Both the position numbers and the translations under genes were made by a program. DNA of 64,000 bases from Alphaproteobacteria bacterium (GTDB lineage Bacteria; Pseudomonadota; Alphaproteobacteria; GCA-2731375). The notes under the pieces are model-generated. The model saw only the letters and a program-made list of their open reading frames with translations, was not told the DNA's origin and ran no database searches. Shown one piece after another: positions 36,488 to 46,443 of the stretch (position 1 is its first letter; every line of letters starts with the position of its first letter). Location: contig CBDDPY010000002.1 in assembly GCA_965232515.1 (NCBI GenBank), positions 320,001-384,000 of the forward strand, written 5' to 3'.

Positions 36488-38599
36488 TTATTGCGGCTGG
36501 CGGACCGCGTCGGCGGTCGCCTGGATGAAGGCGCGGATCTGTATCACCTCATCCGACGTCAGTCTGCCGTCGAAGTTGGGCATACCGCCGTCGACCCAGG
36601 CGCCCGACAGGACAAGGTCGGGCAGGCTGCGCAGCGTGTCGGCGGTGGTGAAGCCCAGATTCGGCACATTGCCGCCGTTGTTGACGCCGGGAACGCCGTG
36701 GCACTGGGCGCAGCTCGAGACGTAGAGGCCGGTGCCCGGCGCAACGTGATCAGGGTTGAACTCGACGCCCGCGACCAGCTCGCCCTTCGGCGCGATCACG
36801 TCCTCCGGCATCGTCGCGTCGCCGCCGACCACGAAGGTGTAGATGCGGCCGGGACCGACACGGTCTGTCGCCCGCTGGGCGATGCCATAGACGCCGCCCC
36901 AGCCGACGGCAATCGACACATACTGCTTGCCGTCGACCTCGTAGGTCGAGGGGCCGGCCACGACGCCGGAGCCGACCGGCACCTGCCATAGCGCGACACC
37001 GGTCGTCGCGTCATAGGCCACGAAACGGCCGTCGGCGGTACCCTGGAACACCAGATTGCCGGCTGTCGCCAGCGTGCCGCCGTTCCACGGCGACAGGTAT
37101 TCCTGCCGCCAGACCTCGCGTTGGGCGACCGGATCCCAGGCGATCAGCGAGCCGAAAGGCTTCGCCTCGGGCGCCACCGCGTTAAGCGCGAAACCCAGGT
37201 TCCAGCCGGAATTGCTACCGAACTTCAACGGCTGATGCCGGCCCTGTTCGAAGTCCTTCTCCGGCGTGTGTGTCAGCGGAATGCCCTGCGCCGGGATATA
37301 GACCAGCCCGGTCTGCGGGCTGTATGACATCGGGTGCCAGTTGTGCGCACCATAGGCGCTGGGGATGGTTTCCCAGGTCTTGTCCTTGTCGCGCGCTTCC
37401 GGCACTTCGATGGGACGGCCGTTCGCGTCGAAGCCCTCGGCCCAATTCACCTCGACGAAGTTCTCGGCCGAGATGAATTCGCCGTCGGTCCGGTCGACGA
37501 CGAAGAAGAAGCCGTTCTTCGGCGCGTGCATGATGACCTTGCGTTCCCGGCCGTCGATCATCAGATCCGCCAGCATCAGCGGCTGCGTCGAGGTGTAGTC
37601 CCAGTGATCGCCCGGCGTTTCCTGATAGTGCCAGACATATTCGCCGGTATCGGGATTGAGCGCGACGATCGAGGCGAGATACAGATTGTCGCCGCCGCCA
37701 GGGCTTCTGATATCGCGGTTCCAGGGATTGCCGTTGCCCGTGCCGACATACATCAGGTTCAGCTCGGGATCGAACACCATGCTGTCCCACATGGTGCCGC
37801 CGCCACCGGCTTCCCAATACTTGCCGGACGGATCCCAGGTCAGCGCGGCGCGCGCCATGGACTCGTCCTCGAACGGCTTCGACGGGTCGCCCGGCACGGC
37901 GAACCAGCGCCAGGCCTGATTGCCGGTCGCGGCGTCATAGGCGGTGATATAACCGCGCACGCCGTACTCGGCGCCGCCGTTGCCGATAATGACCTTGCCG
38001 TTGAAGACACGCGGCGCGCCGGTGATCGTGTAGGCCTTCGAGCGGTCGATGATGGTGTCGACTTCCCATACCGGTGTGCCGGACACGGCGTCGAGCGCGA
38101 CCAGACGGCCGTCATAGGTGCCGACGAAAATCTTGCCTTCGTAGAGCGCGACGCCGCGGTTGACGATGTCGCAGCAGCCTTTCTCGGCATAGTCCCGTGG
38201 GACCTGCGGATCGTAGGTCCAGATCTCCTCGCCGGCGCGCACGTCGATCGCGTGCACGATGCTCCACGACGAGGTCACGTACATGATGCCGTCGACCACC
38301 AGCGGCGTCGCCTCGACACCACGCCGGGAGTTCAAATCGTAGTGCCAGGCCAGGCCCAGGTCGCGGACGGTTGCGGTGTTGATTTCGGTGAGCTTGCTGA
38401 ACCGGGTCTCGGCATAGTCGAGCCCGTAGTTGAGCCAATCCTTGGTGTCGGCGGCGTTGGCTATGATCGCCGCTTTGTTCACCGCGCCGGTGGCAGCCTT
38501 GATCTTGTCGGCCGACACGGTTTGTGAAACCGCGGATGATGACGCCAGCATCACAGCCGTCGCCAAAACCGCGGCCGCGCAACTCTTACTTGAATGCAT
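36488..38599 (-). CDS. Type II quinohemoprotein alcohol dehydrogenase (PQQ + heme c)
   Basis: RGVEATPLV, GCCDIVNRG, GGAEYGVRG, WDYTSTQP (no extra Asp, Ca-type), GAHNWHPMS, C-terminal CAQCHG. Confidence 0.93.
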   Translation of the reverse strand: MHSSKSCAAAVLATAVMLASSSAVSQTVSADKIKAATGAVNKAAIIANAADTKDWLNYGLDYAETRFSKLTEINTATVRDLGLAWHYDLNSRRGVEATPLVVDGIMYVTSSWSIVHAIDVRAGEEIWTYDPQVPRDYAEKGCCDIVNRGVALYEGKIFVGTYDGRLVALDAVSGTPVWEVDTIIDRSKAYTITGAPRVFNGKVIIGNGGAEYGVRGYITAYDAATGNQAWRWFAVPGDPSKPFEDESMARAALTWDPSGKYWEAGGGGTMWDSMVFDPELNLMYVGTGNGNPWNRDIRSPGGGDNLYLASIVALNPDTGEYVWHYQETPGDHWDYTSTQPLMLADLMIDGRERKVIMHAPKNGFFFVVDRTDGEFISAENFVEVNWAEGFDANGRPIEVPEARDKDKTWETIPSAYGAHNWHPMSYSPQTGLVYIPAQGIPLTHTPEKDFEQGRHQPLKFGSNSGWNLGFALNAVAPEAKPFGSLIAWDPVAQREVWRQEYLSPWNGGTLATAGNLVFQGTADGRFVAYDATTGVALWQVPVGSGVVAGPSTYEVDGKQYVSIAVGWGGVYGIAQRATDRVGPGRIYTFVVGGDATMPEDVIAPKGELVAGVEFNPDHVAPGTGLYVSSCAQCHGVPGVNNGGNVPNLGFTTADTLRSLPDLVLSGAWVDGGMPNFDGRLTSDEVIQIRAFIQATADAVRQPQ

Positions 38600-38823
38600 G
38601 AATTCTGACCCTCCCGTTGTCGTGTCTTGTATTAGGTATTTCTTTTGCAAGACCTGGGAGTATTTCAGCATCGCGCCGAGCGCAGGTCAACGCATGGTGG
38701 TTTCGCTTCGCCAGTATCGGCCTGCCAACCGGATGCACGCTGAGAGACGTTCACGCAGTCGTCTGAACTCTAGGGAGCCGATCGTCACTACGCACAAAGC
38801 TGGAAATCGGGTTCAGACGATCG

Positions 38824-39918
38824 TTAGGCCGTAGCTGGCCCATCTGACTGACGCGCGACCAGCTTGGGCGTCAGCATGTGCTGTTTGGGCGCTGCCGCGC
38901 GGCCGTCGACCTGTGGCAGGATCAGGTCGGCAAGCAGCCGGCCGATCTCGGCCACCGGCATGGCGAAGGTGGTCAGCGGCGGCGTCAGGTGCGCGGCGCC
39001 CGGAATATCCTGGCTGCCGATTACCGCGACGTCGCGGCCCGGCGTCAGGCCGGCCTCCGCCAGCGCCCGATAGACGCCGAACGCCATCATGTCGGCGACG
39101 CAGACGATGGCCGTCGGCCGTCTGTCGCCGGCGGCCAGCAGATCGCGGGCGGCGGCATATCCCTCGGCCTCGGTCGGTTCCACCGTTCGCATCAGGCCCG
39201 GATCCGGTCGTAGGCCGGCCTGCGCCAGACCAGCCTCGAAACCGGCCCGGCAACTGGCGGCGTACATCATGTTCTCGGGCGCGTTCAGCAGGGCAATCCG
39301 CCGATGGCCGCCCGCCGTCAGCCGCTCTGCGGCGATGCGGCCGATCTCGCTGTGGTCGACATCGACCCAATTGTAGGGCCTGGATGTCTCACTGCGTCCG
39401 ATGGTGGCAAACGGCAGGCCCGTTTCCATGAGAAAATCCACGCGTTCGTCCGCGATCCGCGTACGGCCCAGCACCAGCGCGTCGACATGGTTCTCGGCCA
39501 CCAGTTCGCGGATCGTGTCGAGCTCGCTCTCGCGGCTTTCGGCCGCCGTCACCAGCAGCAGTTTGCCGGCCCGGCGCAGTTCCGTGTTCAGGCTGCCGAG
39601 CACGCCCAGAAAGAACGGCGTCGCGTAATCCATCTGCGGCGGCGACAGCAGAAAGCCGATTGTGTCGTTGGTCTGCCGGCGCAACCGCCGGCCGGCGCTG
39701 TTCAGCTTGAAGCCGCTGGCCCTGGCCGCGCTCAGCACCCGTTCGCGGGTCTCGGCGTTGACGTTCGGATGGTCGTTCAGCGCCCGCGACACGGTCGAGA
39801 TCGACAGGCCCAGCCGCTGGGCGAAATCGCGGATGTTGGACGGGCGGTCGCGGTCGTCGCCAGAGGTCGGCTCTGCCGCGGTGGTTTCACCATTCGTTGT
39901 CCCGTCGTAATCGGTCAT
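38824..39918 (-). CDS. LacI family transcriptional regulator
   Basis: HTH IRDFAQRLGLSISTVSRALND, GHRRIA, PTAIVC, LTPPLTT. Confidence 0.93.
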   Translation of the reverse strand: MTDYDGTTNGETTAAEPTSGDDRDRPSNIRDFAQRLGLSISTVSRALNDHPNVNAETRERVLSAARASGFKLNSAGRRLRRQTNDTIGFLLSPPQMDYATPFFLGVLGSLNTELRRAGKLLLVTAAESRESELDTIRELVAENHVDALVLGRTRIADERVDFLMETGLPFATIGRSETSRPYNWVDVDHSEIGRIAAERLTAGGHRRIALLNAPENMMYAASCRAGFEAGLAQAGLRPDPGLMRTVEPTEAEGYAAARDLLAAGDRRPTAIVCVADMMAFGVYRALAEAGLTPGRDVAVIGSQDIPGAAHLTPPLTTFAMPVAEIGRLLADLILPQVDGRAAAPKQHMLTPKLVARQSDGPATA

Positions 39919-39984
39919 TCGCAGTGCTGTCGCGTTTCCCTCTAGCGTCTCAACGAGAGCGACATTGCCACAGGAATCGTGTTT

Positions 39985-40021
39985 TGCAAACGTTTGCATT
40001 GACGTTGAAAACGTTTTCAAC
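39985..40021. promoter_or_regulatory. Two tandem LacI-type operators
   Basis: Perfect palindromes TGCAAACGTTTGCA (39985-39998) and GTTGAAAACGTTTTCAAC (40004-40021) with central CG, flanking a TTGACG -35-like hexamer, between the LacI gene and the ABC operon. Confidence 0.85.
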
Positions 40022-40077
40022 AATCATTTGGAAGATCAAAACAGGCCGCTGGCGGCGGCCGTCAAGGGAGGGGTGTC

Positions 40078-41307
40078 ATGAAATTCAGGACCAGTATCGC
40101 CACGTTGGCCGGGCTGACGCTCGGTGCCGGCGTCGCGCTGGCCGAGACCACCAAGGTCGACGTCTGGCACGTGTTCAATATCGAAACCGACATGATCCAT
40201 GCCGGCATCGCGGCCTTCAACGCCGCCCATGCCGATATCGAGGTGGCGCCGCGCGTGCTGCCGTTCGCACAGCTCCGGGCCGAGCTGGTCAAGGCGGTCG
40301 CCACCGGCGACGTGCCCGACGTCGTGGTCATGGACAATCCCGTCACCGCCAGCTTCGCGCACCAGGGCGCGCTCGAGGACATCACCGACCTCGTCGCCGC
40401 CTCCCAGGTCATCGACGACAAGGCCTATTTCGCCGGCCCCTGGGCGTCGGTCACCTGGGACGGCCGCATCTACGGCGTGCCACGGGCCAGCAACACCATC
40501 GCGCTCTACTACAACGCCGACATGTTCAAGGCGAAGGGCCTCGATCCCGACCGGCCGCCCCGGACCTGGTCGGCGCTGATGGACACGGCCGCCAAGCTCA
40601 CCGACAAGGCGAACGGCGTCTACGGCATCGCCTTTTCCGCCGTGCAGTCCGAGGAGGCGACCTTTCAGTGGCTGCCCTGGCTCTATCAGGCCGGCGGCGC
40701 GCTCGACCGGCTCGACGGGCCCGAGGCGGCCGAAGCGCTCGGCTATTGGGTCAGCCTCGTGAAGCAGGGCTATGCCTCGCGCGACGTCGTCAACATGCGC
40801 CAGTACGAGGGCACCAACACCATGATCGCCGGCAACGCCGCCATGGCGATCAGCGGGCCGTGGGAGCTGCCGCGCATCGACAAGGAAGCCAAGTTCGATT
40901 GGCGCGTCGCCACGCTACCGCTTCACGACGACCGCCAGACCGGCGCGTCGGCGCTGGGCGGCTTTAACTGGGCCATCCCCAAGGGCGCCCAGGACAGGGA
41001 CGCGGCCTTCAAGTTCATCGAGTTCATGTCCAGCCAGCCGGTGCTGGAGAACGCCTGGAACACCGGCCGGCTGCCCAGTCGCGACGGCATCGCCATCAAG
41101 GACCCGAACTGGCCGGCCGCGCTCGCCGTGTTTCAGGAGCAGATGAAGTCCGCCCGGGCGCGCGGGCCGCATCCGGAATGGCCGGAGATTTCGAAGGCGC
41201 TGCAGGTCGCGATCCAAGAGGCGCTGGTCGGCGCCAAGACGCCGGAAGCAGCGCTCAGCGACGCCGCGGTCAAGGTCAAGCCGATCCTGGCCCGCATTCC
41301 GCTTTAG
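40078..41307 (+). CDS. Carbohydrate ABC transporter substrate-binding protein (CUT1)
   Basis: Signal peptide, DGRIYGVP, ALYYNADMF, GPWELP, SALGG. Confidence 0.92.
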   Translation: MKFRTSIATLAGLTLGAGVALAETTKVDVWHVFNIETDMIHAGIAAFNAAHADIEVAPRVLPFAQLRAELVKAVATGDVPDVVVMDNPVTASFAHQGALEDITDLVAASQVIDDKAYFAGPWASVTWDGRIYGVPRASNTIALYYNADMFKAKGLDPDRPPRTWSALMDTAAKLTDKANGVYGIAFSAVQSEEATFQWLPWLYQAGGALDRLDGPEAAEALGYWVSLVKQGYASRDVVNMRQYEGTNTMIAGNAAMAISGPWELPRIDKEAKFDWRVATLPLHDDRQTGASALGGFNWAIPKGAQDRDAAFKFIEFMSSQPVLENAWNTGRLPSRDGIAIKDPNWPAALAVFQEQMKSARARGPHPEWPEISKALQVAIQEALVGAKTPEAALSDAAVKVKPILARIPL

Positions 41308-41329
41308 TATTGGAAGCATTGGGCCAGAA

Positions 41330-41363
41330 GAAGGACGTGGCGCGGGTCGGCGCCACGTCCTTC
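41330..41363 (+). terminator. 14-bp-stem hairpin after the SBP gene (mRNA stabiliser)
   Basis: GAAGGACGTGGCGC-N6-GCGCCACGTCCTTC. Confidence 0.6.
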
Positions 41364-41388
41364 GCCAACCTCAGTTAATGGCGTAGCC

Positions 41389-42273
41389 ATGCCGCACGGG
41401 CGACATCCGGTTCTCTGGCTGATGCTGGCGCTGCCGGTGGCCTATCTCATGTTCTTCGTCGGCTATCCGGTGCTCTACAACTTCGCGATGAGCTTCCAGC
41501 AGGTGACGCTGGGCAACATCGCGACGGTCTGGCGGCCGTTTGTCGGGCTCGAGAATTACCGTTACCTGTTCGCCGACCCCGTCTTCACGAAGGTGCTGAC
41601 CAACAGCGCGCTCTTCGTCGCCGGCAACGTCGTCATGCAGCTGATGCTCGGCCTGGCGCTGGCGCTGCTGTTCTCGCTCCGCTTTCCCGGCGCCGGCTAC
41701 TTCCGCGGCCTGGTGCTGGCCGGCTGGATGCTGCCGCCGCTGGTTATCGGCGCGCTCTGGAAGTGGATGTTCGCCACCGAGTTCGGCGTCGTGAACTATC
41801 TTCTCGCCGCCCTCGGCATCGCCGCCGAGCCGGTCTACTGGCTCGCCGATCCGGCGACCGCGCTCTTCGCCGTCACGGCCGCCAACATCTGGTTCGGCCT
41901 GCCGTTCAACATGATCCTGATCGCCGCCGGCCTGAACAACATTCCCGATGAGCTTTACGAGGCAGCCTCCCTCGACGGTGCCGGCCGCATCCGGCGCTTC
42001 TGGTTCGTGACGCTGCCACTCCTGCGCGCGACGCTTTTGGCCGTGGTCTGCCTCTCGACGATCTACACCATGCGCGCCTTCGACCTGATCTGGGCCATGA
42101 CCAAGGGCGGGCCGGTCGACAGCACCAATGTCTTTCCACTCTGGTCCTATCAGCTCTCGTTCGACTTCTTCCGCTTCGGGCCGGGCTCGGCCGTGGCCAC
42201 GCTCAGCTTCGTCGTCGTGTTCTGCGTCAGCCTGCTCTACATCCGCAGCCTCAAACGGGAGGAGAACGCGTGA
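41389..42273 (+). CDS. Carbohydrate ABC permease
   Basis: FVGLENY, EAA motif ELYEAASLDGA. Confidence 0.93.
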   Translation: MPHGRHPVLWLMLALPVAYLMFFVGYPVLYNFAMSFQQVTLGNIATVWRPFVGLENYRYLFADPVFTKVLTNSALFVAGNVVMQLMLGLALALLFSLRFPGAGYFRGLVLAGWMLPPLVIGALWKWMFATEFGVVNYLLAALGIAAEPVYWLADPATALFAVTAANIWFGLPFNMILIAAGLNNIPDELYEAASLDGAGRIRRFWFVTLPLLRATLLAVVCLSTIYTMRAFDLIWAMTKGGPVDSTNVFPLWSYQLSFDFFRFGPGSAVATLSFVVVFCVSLLYIRSLKREENA

Positions 42274-43148
42274 CCGTGCAGCAGACCGCCGTTCACCGCG
42301 GCCTCCGAGTCGAGTGGCGCGCCCGCTGGGTCGAATGGCAGCCCTACATGCTGTCGGCCGTCGCCGTCGCCATCGTCGTCGCCTACCTGTTCCCGATCTA
42401 CTGGATGTACATCTCGGGCCTGAAGCTCAGCAGCGAGATCTTCGCCCGCCCGCCCACCTTCGTGCCGGCCGAGCCGACGCTCGAGTCCTACCGCTGGATC
42501 TTCGAGCGCGAGAACGTGCTGGTCTACCTACGCAACAGCTTGATCATCGCCACCGCGACCACCGCGCTGACGCTGGTGCTGGGCTGCCTCGGCGCCTATG
42601 CCTTGAGCCGCCTGCGCAGCCGGCTGGTCGATGTCGCCATCGTCTTCATCCTGATCATGCAGACGTTTCCGGAGTCGCTGCTGGCGACGCCGATGTTCGT
42701 GATCTTCCGCGGCCTCGACCTGCTCAACACGCTGACGGCCGTGGTGCTGGCGACGACGAGCAAAACACTGGCGTTCGCGCTCATCATCCTGCGGCCGATC
42801 TTCCGCCAGGTGCCGTTCGAGCTGGAGGAGGCGGCCATGGTCGACGGCTGCAACCGCATCACCGCGTTCCTGTTCATCGTGCTGCCGGTCGCCCGCTCCG
42901 GGATCATCGTCGTCGGCGCGCTCGCCTTTCTGATGGCCTACGGCGAGTTCGTCTATCCCGCCTCGCTGCTGACCCGGCAGGAGCTGCAGCCCGCCACCGT
43001 CGGGCTCTACAGCTTCGTCGGCGCCGAATACGCCGACTGGCATCACGTGATGGCCTTCGCCTCCGTGTTCGTCACGCCGGCCGTCATCCTGTTCCTGCTG
43101 CTGCAACGCAAGATCGTCGCCGGGCTCACCGCCGGCGCTCTCAAATAG
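42270..43148 (+). CDS. Carbohydrate ABC permease
   Basis: ELEEAAMVDG, C-terminal QRKIVAGLTAGALK. Confidence 0.93.
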   Translation: MTVQQTAVHRGLRVEWRARWVEWQPYMLSAVAVAIVVAYLFPIYWMYISGLKLSSEIFARPPTFVPAEPTLESYRWIFERENVLVYLRNSLIIATATTALTLVLGCLGAYALSRLRSRLVDVAIVFILIMQTFPESLLATPMFVIFRGLDLLNTLTAVVLATTSKTLAFALIILRPIFRQVPFELEEAAMVDGCNRITAFLFIVLPVARSGIIVVGALAFLMAYGEFVYPASLLTRQELQPATVGLYSFVGAEYADWHHVMAFASVFVTPAVILFLLLQRKIVAGLTAGALK

Positions 43149-43157
43149 GACGCATCC

Positions 43158-45545
43158 ATGACCCTCGTGCTGGCTTCCGACGCCTTCGACCGTTTCGCCC
43201 GCGCCGTCACCACCCGCGACATCGCCGGCGCGCCCGACGGCCTGACCGCGACGATCGATCTCGACGACGGCCGCGCGCTGCCGCTGGTCATGCGGCTGAG
43301 CGAGGGCGGTGTCGTGCGCGTCTCGATCGGCGACCGGCGGGCCGCGATGACCCTGCCGGACGTGGATGTCGACGCGCCCGTCGGCATTGCCGTTGACGTG
43401 CGTTCGGATGACGAGACGGTCACGGTCACGGGCGACCGACTCGGCGTATGCCTGCACCGCGACGGCTTCGCCATCACGATCTTCCGTGTCGCCAACAACG
43501 AAACGCTCTGGCGCACCAGCCTCGACGATCAGGACCAGAAGGGCCGCTTGCGCGTCCTGCCGCTCGGCCTCGCGCGCGACGGCGAGCCCCGGCTGACGGC
43601 GGCCTTCGAGGCCGACGCCCACGACCACTATCTCGGCTTCGGCGAGAAGTTCTGCGCCGTCGACAAGCGCGGCCTGACCATCGAGTCCGTCAACCGCAAC
43701 GCCTACGGCGCCACTTCGGAGCGCGCCTACAAGAACGTGCCCTTCTTCCTGTCGCCGCGCGGCTACGGCCTGTTCATCAACACGTCGGCGCATTTACGGC
43801 ACGATGTCGTGAACCCGGTGATCTCCTCGCAATCCTACGTGCTCGCGGCCGAAGCGGGCGGCCTTGAATTCTTCCTCATCGACGGTCCCGAGCCGAAAAC
43901 CGTGCTCAAGCGTTACAGCGAGCTCACTGGCTTCGCTCCCGTGCCGCCGCTCTGGAGCTTCGGCGTCTGGATCTCGCGCTTCTACTTCGAAAACTGGGAG
44001 AGCCTCGAGGCCGCCTGCGACGGCATGCGCACCCGCGACCTGCCGGCCGACGTCGTCAATGTCGACACCTACTGGATGGCCGGCGATCGCCTGTCGGACC
44101 TGCAGTGGGACGAGGACCGTTTCCCCGACCCGGCGGCGCATCTGAGCGCGCTGCGCGACATGGGCTATCGGTTCTGCGTCTGGGAATACCCCTATCTCTC
44201 GCACGCATCGCCCCTCTGGCAGGACGCCTGGGACAACGGCTATCTCGTCCGCACCCGCGACGGCGAGCCGGCCGATGTGCAGACCACGCTGCCGGTGCCG
44301 ACGCATCATCTGCCGGGCTTCCGCGGCGTCGGCTCGCTGCAGAACATCTACGAGCAGAAGCTGGTCGAACCCGGCACGCTTATCGATTTCACCAACCCCG
44401 CCGCGGTCGCCTGGTGGCAGGACCTGCACCGCGCGCGCCTCGCCGACGGCGTCGCCGTGTTCAAGACCGACTTCGGCGAGGACGTGCCGGCCGATGCCGT
44501 GTTCCACGACGGCCGCACCGCCGCCGAGGTGCACAACATCTATCCGCTCATGTTCCAGAAGGCGGCCTACGACGTGACGCTCGAGGTGACCGGCGAGCAC
44601 ATGATCTGGGGCCGCTCGGGCTGGGCCGGCGGCCAGAAATACCCGGTGCACTGGGGTGGCGATCCGACCACGACGTTTCTCTCCATGGCCGGCACGCTGC
44701 GCGGCGCGCTCAGCTACGGCCTCTCGGGCGTGCCGTTCTGGAGCCACGACGTCGGCGGCTTCGCCGGCACCCCAGACCCGACGCTCTACGCGCGCTGGGC
44801 CCAGTTCGGCCTGTTTTCCTCGCACGTGCGCTGCCACGGCTGCACGCCGCGCGAGCCCTGGGAGTTCGGCGGGGAGGCCGAGGCGATCTTCCGGCGCTAC
44901 GCCAAGCTGCGTTACCGCATGCTGCCCTACTATCTGAAGCTCGCGCACGAAGCCGCGGCCGACGGTCTGCCGCTCATGCGGCACATGGCTCTGGAGTTCC
45001 CCGACGATCCCTCGACCACCGGCATCGAGAGCCAGTACATGCTGGGCGCCGACCTGCTGGTGGCGCCGGTCTTCAACGACCGCGGCGACGCCGACGTCTA
45101 TCTGCCTGCCGGCCGCTGGGCCGACTGGTGGACGGGCGAACTGCACGACGGCGGCCGCTGGCTGCGCCACCGCGGCCTGCCGCTCGATGTCATGCCGCTC
45201 TATCTGCGCGAGGGCGGCGTCATCCCGCTGCTACCGGATATGCCACATTCCGACGCCGCCGACTGGTCCGACTGGACCTTCGTGATCCATGCGGCGGACA
45301 CGCTGTCACACAGCTTTGCCATGCCGGCTGGCGGTACGCTCGCCATCACCGGCGCGCGCGACGGCGCCATGCGGCGCTTGACCATCGAGGGCGACACCAA
45401 GCGCGTCGGTTTGCGCATCCTCGGCGAAACCGTCGCAGGGGCCGACATCGAATTCGGCACCGGCAGCCTCGCCATCGAAGACGGCGCCGTGACGATCGCC
45501 GATCCGTCGTCCCGCCTTACCGTGGCGCTGTCGCTCACCGCCTGA
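43158..45545 (+). CDS. Glycoside hydrolase family 31 (alpha-xylosidase YicI-like)
   Basis: AYKNVPF, nucleophile FKTDFGE, acid/base HWGGD, WSHDVGGF, PREPW, QYMLG. Confidence 0.9.
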   Translation: MTLVLASDAFDRFARAVTTRDIAGAPDGLTATIDLDDGRALPLVMRLSEGGVVRVSIGDRRAAMTLPDVDVDAPVGIAVDVRSDDETVTVTGDRLGVCLHRDGFAITIFRVANNETLWRTSLDDQDQKGRLRVLPLGLARDGEPRLTAAFEADAHDHYLGFGEKFCAVDKRGLTIESVNRNAYGATSERAYKNVPFFLSPRGYGLFINTSAHLRHDVVNPVISSQSYVLAAEAGGLEFFLIDGPEPKTVLKRYSELTGFAPVPPLWSFGVWISRFYFENWESLEAACDGMRTRDLPADVVNVDTYWMAGDRLSDLQWDEDRFPDPAAHLSALRDMGYRFCVWEYPYLSHASPLWQDAWDNGYLVRTRDGEPADVQTTLPVPTHHLPGFRGVGSLQNIYEQKLVEPGTLIDFTNPAAVAWWQDLHRARLADGVAVFKTDFGEDVPADAVFHDGRTAAEVHNIYPLMFQKAAYDVTLEVTGEHMIWGRSGWAGGQKYPVHWGGDPTTTFLSMAGTLRGALSYGLSGVPFWSHDVGGFAGTPDPTLYARWAQFGLFSSHVRCHGCTPREPWEFGGEAEAIFRRYAKLRYRMLPYYLKLAHEAAADGLPLMRHMALEFPDDPSTTGIESQYMLGADLLVAPVFNDRGDADVYLPAGRWADWWTGELHDGGRWLRHRGLPLDVMPLYLREGGVIPLLPDMPHSDAADWSDWTFVIHAADTLSHSFAMPAGGTLAITGARDGAMRRLTIEGDTKRVGLRILGETVAGADIEFGTGSLAIEDGAVTIADPSSRLTVALSLTA

Positions 45546-45576
45546 CGGACACCGGCGGAGCACTGCGCAATCCGGG

Positions 45577-46344
45577 CTATGCCGGTTTGATGCCCAGGTT
45601 GCGGCGCGCGCCGATGACGCCGAAGAAAATCAGGAAGGCGTAGAGGCCGAGAAAAAGAAACGCCCGTCCCCATGTCTCCAGCTCAGGGATCGTGGTTTCC
45701 GACGTGTCGTCCGGCGCATAGAGAATGTCGATACGGTCGCCGCGCGAGACTTTCGCCATGAACGATCGCGGCACCTGGATTTCCCCGCGAATGGTCTGGC
45801 CATCGGGGGTCTTGAAGCGATAGGCCAGGAAGGACTGGTATTGCCGGCTGTCGGACGGATCCTGTGCGCGCCAGGTCTTCTCCACGACCGCCGTCGCCTG
45901 TTGGCCGGAAATCCGAAGCGGCAGATGGTCGGCGATGTCGAGAAGCGACATGAACATCGCATAACCGGCCCACAGTGCGGCGATGCCAAAGCCCAGGCCG
46001 GCGACGAGGCGGCCGCCGCTGGTTTCCGCGTCGACGATCTCGTCCTGCGGCAGGCCGTTGCGGATCCGTCGATACAGGCCGCGCAAACCCAGGATCACCA
46101 GAACCAGACCGCCGAGAAAAAACAGAATGCCGATCGCGAAAACGTCCCAAGCCGCGAGATAGTCGAGGTCGCGTGTTGGGTTGAATCCTTCCGCGTTCGA
46201 GAACAGGGATTCCTGGCGTTTGATAGTAGAGTCGATGATGTAGAGATAGATGAATGGGCCGACCCCGCGGACGATCAGAACCGCCCCGATGGCCGTGCAG
46301 GCCAGGTTCACGAAGATCGTGATCAGATAGCGCAAAACAGGCAT
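45577..46344 (-). CDS. Membrane protein with DUF3592-like C-terminal domain
   Basis: Four hydrophobic segments, ATAVV...YRFKTPDG...GDRIDILYAPDD pattern. Confidence 0.65.
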   Translation of the reverse strand: MPVLRYLITIFVNLACTAIGAVLIVRGVGPFIYLYIIDSTIKRQESLFSNAEGFNPTRDLDYLAAWDVFAIGILFFLGGLVLVILGLRGLYRRIRNGLPQDEIVDAETSGGRLVAGLGFGIAALWAGYAMFMSLLDIADHLPLRISGQQATAVVEKTWRAQDPSDSRQYQSFLAYRFKTPDGQTIRGEIQVPRSFMAKVSRGDRIDILYAPDDTSETTIPELETWGRAFLFLGLYAFLIFFGVIGARRNLGIKPA

Positions 46345-46443
46345 CAGCGACCGCCCCAATCAATTTATGCTAGGGGACTATCGCGGCTATTCGTAAAGAA
46401 CCTGTTTCGCGAAAGAGCTGGCCGTCCTCTGCCGGCGGGGATG

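Noticed and set aside
43158-45545. Sulfoquinovosidase linked to the sulfatase locus
   Set aside because: The nucleophile motif is KTDFGE (xylosidase-like), not MADFGE, and the operon has its own LacI control.
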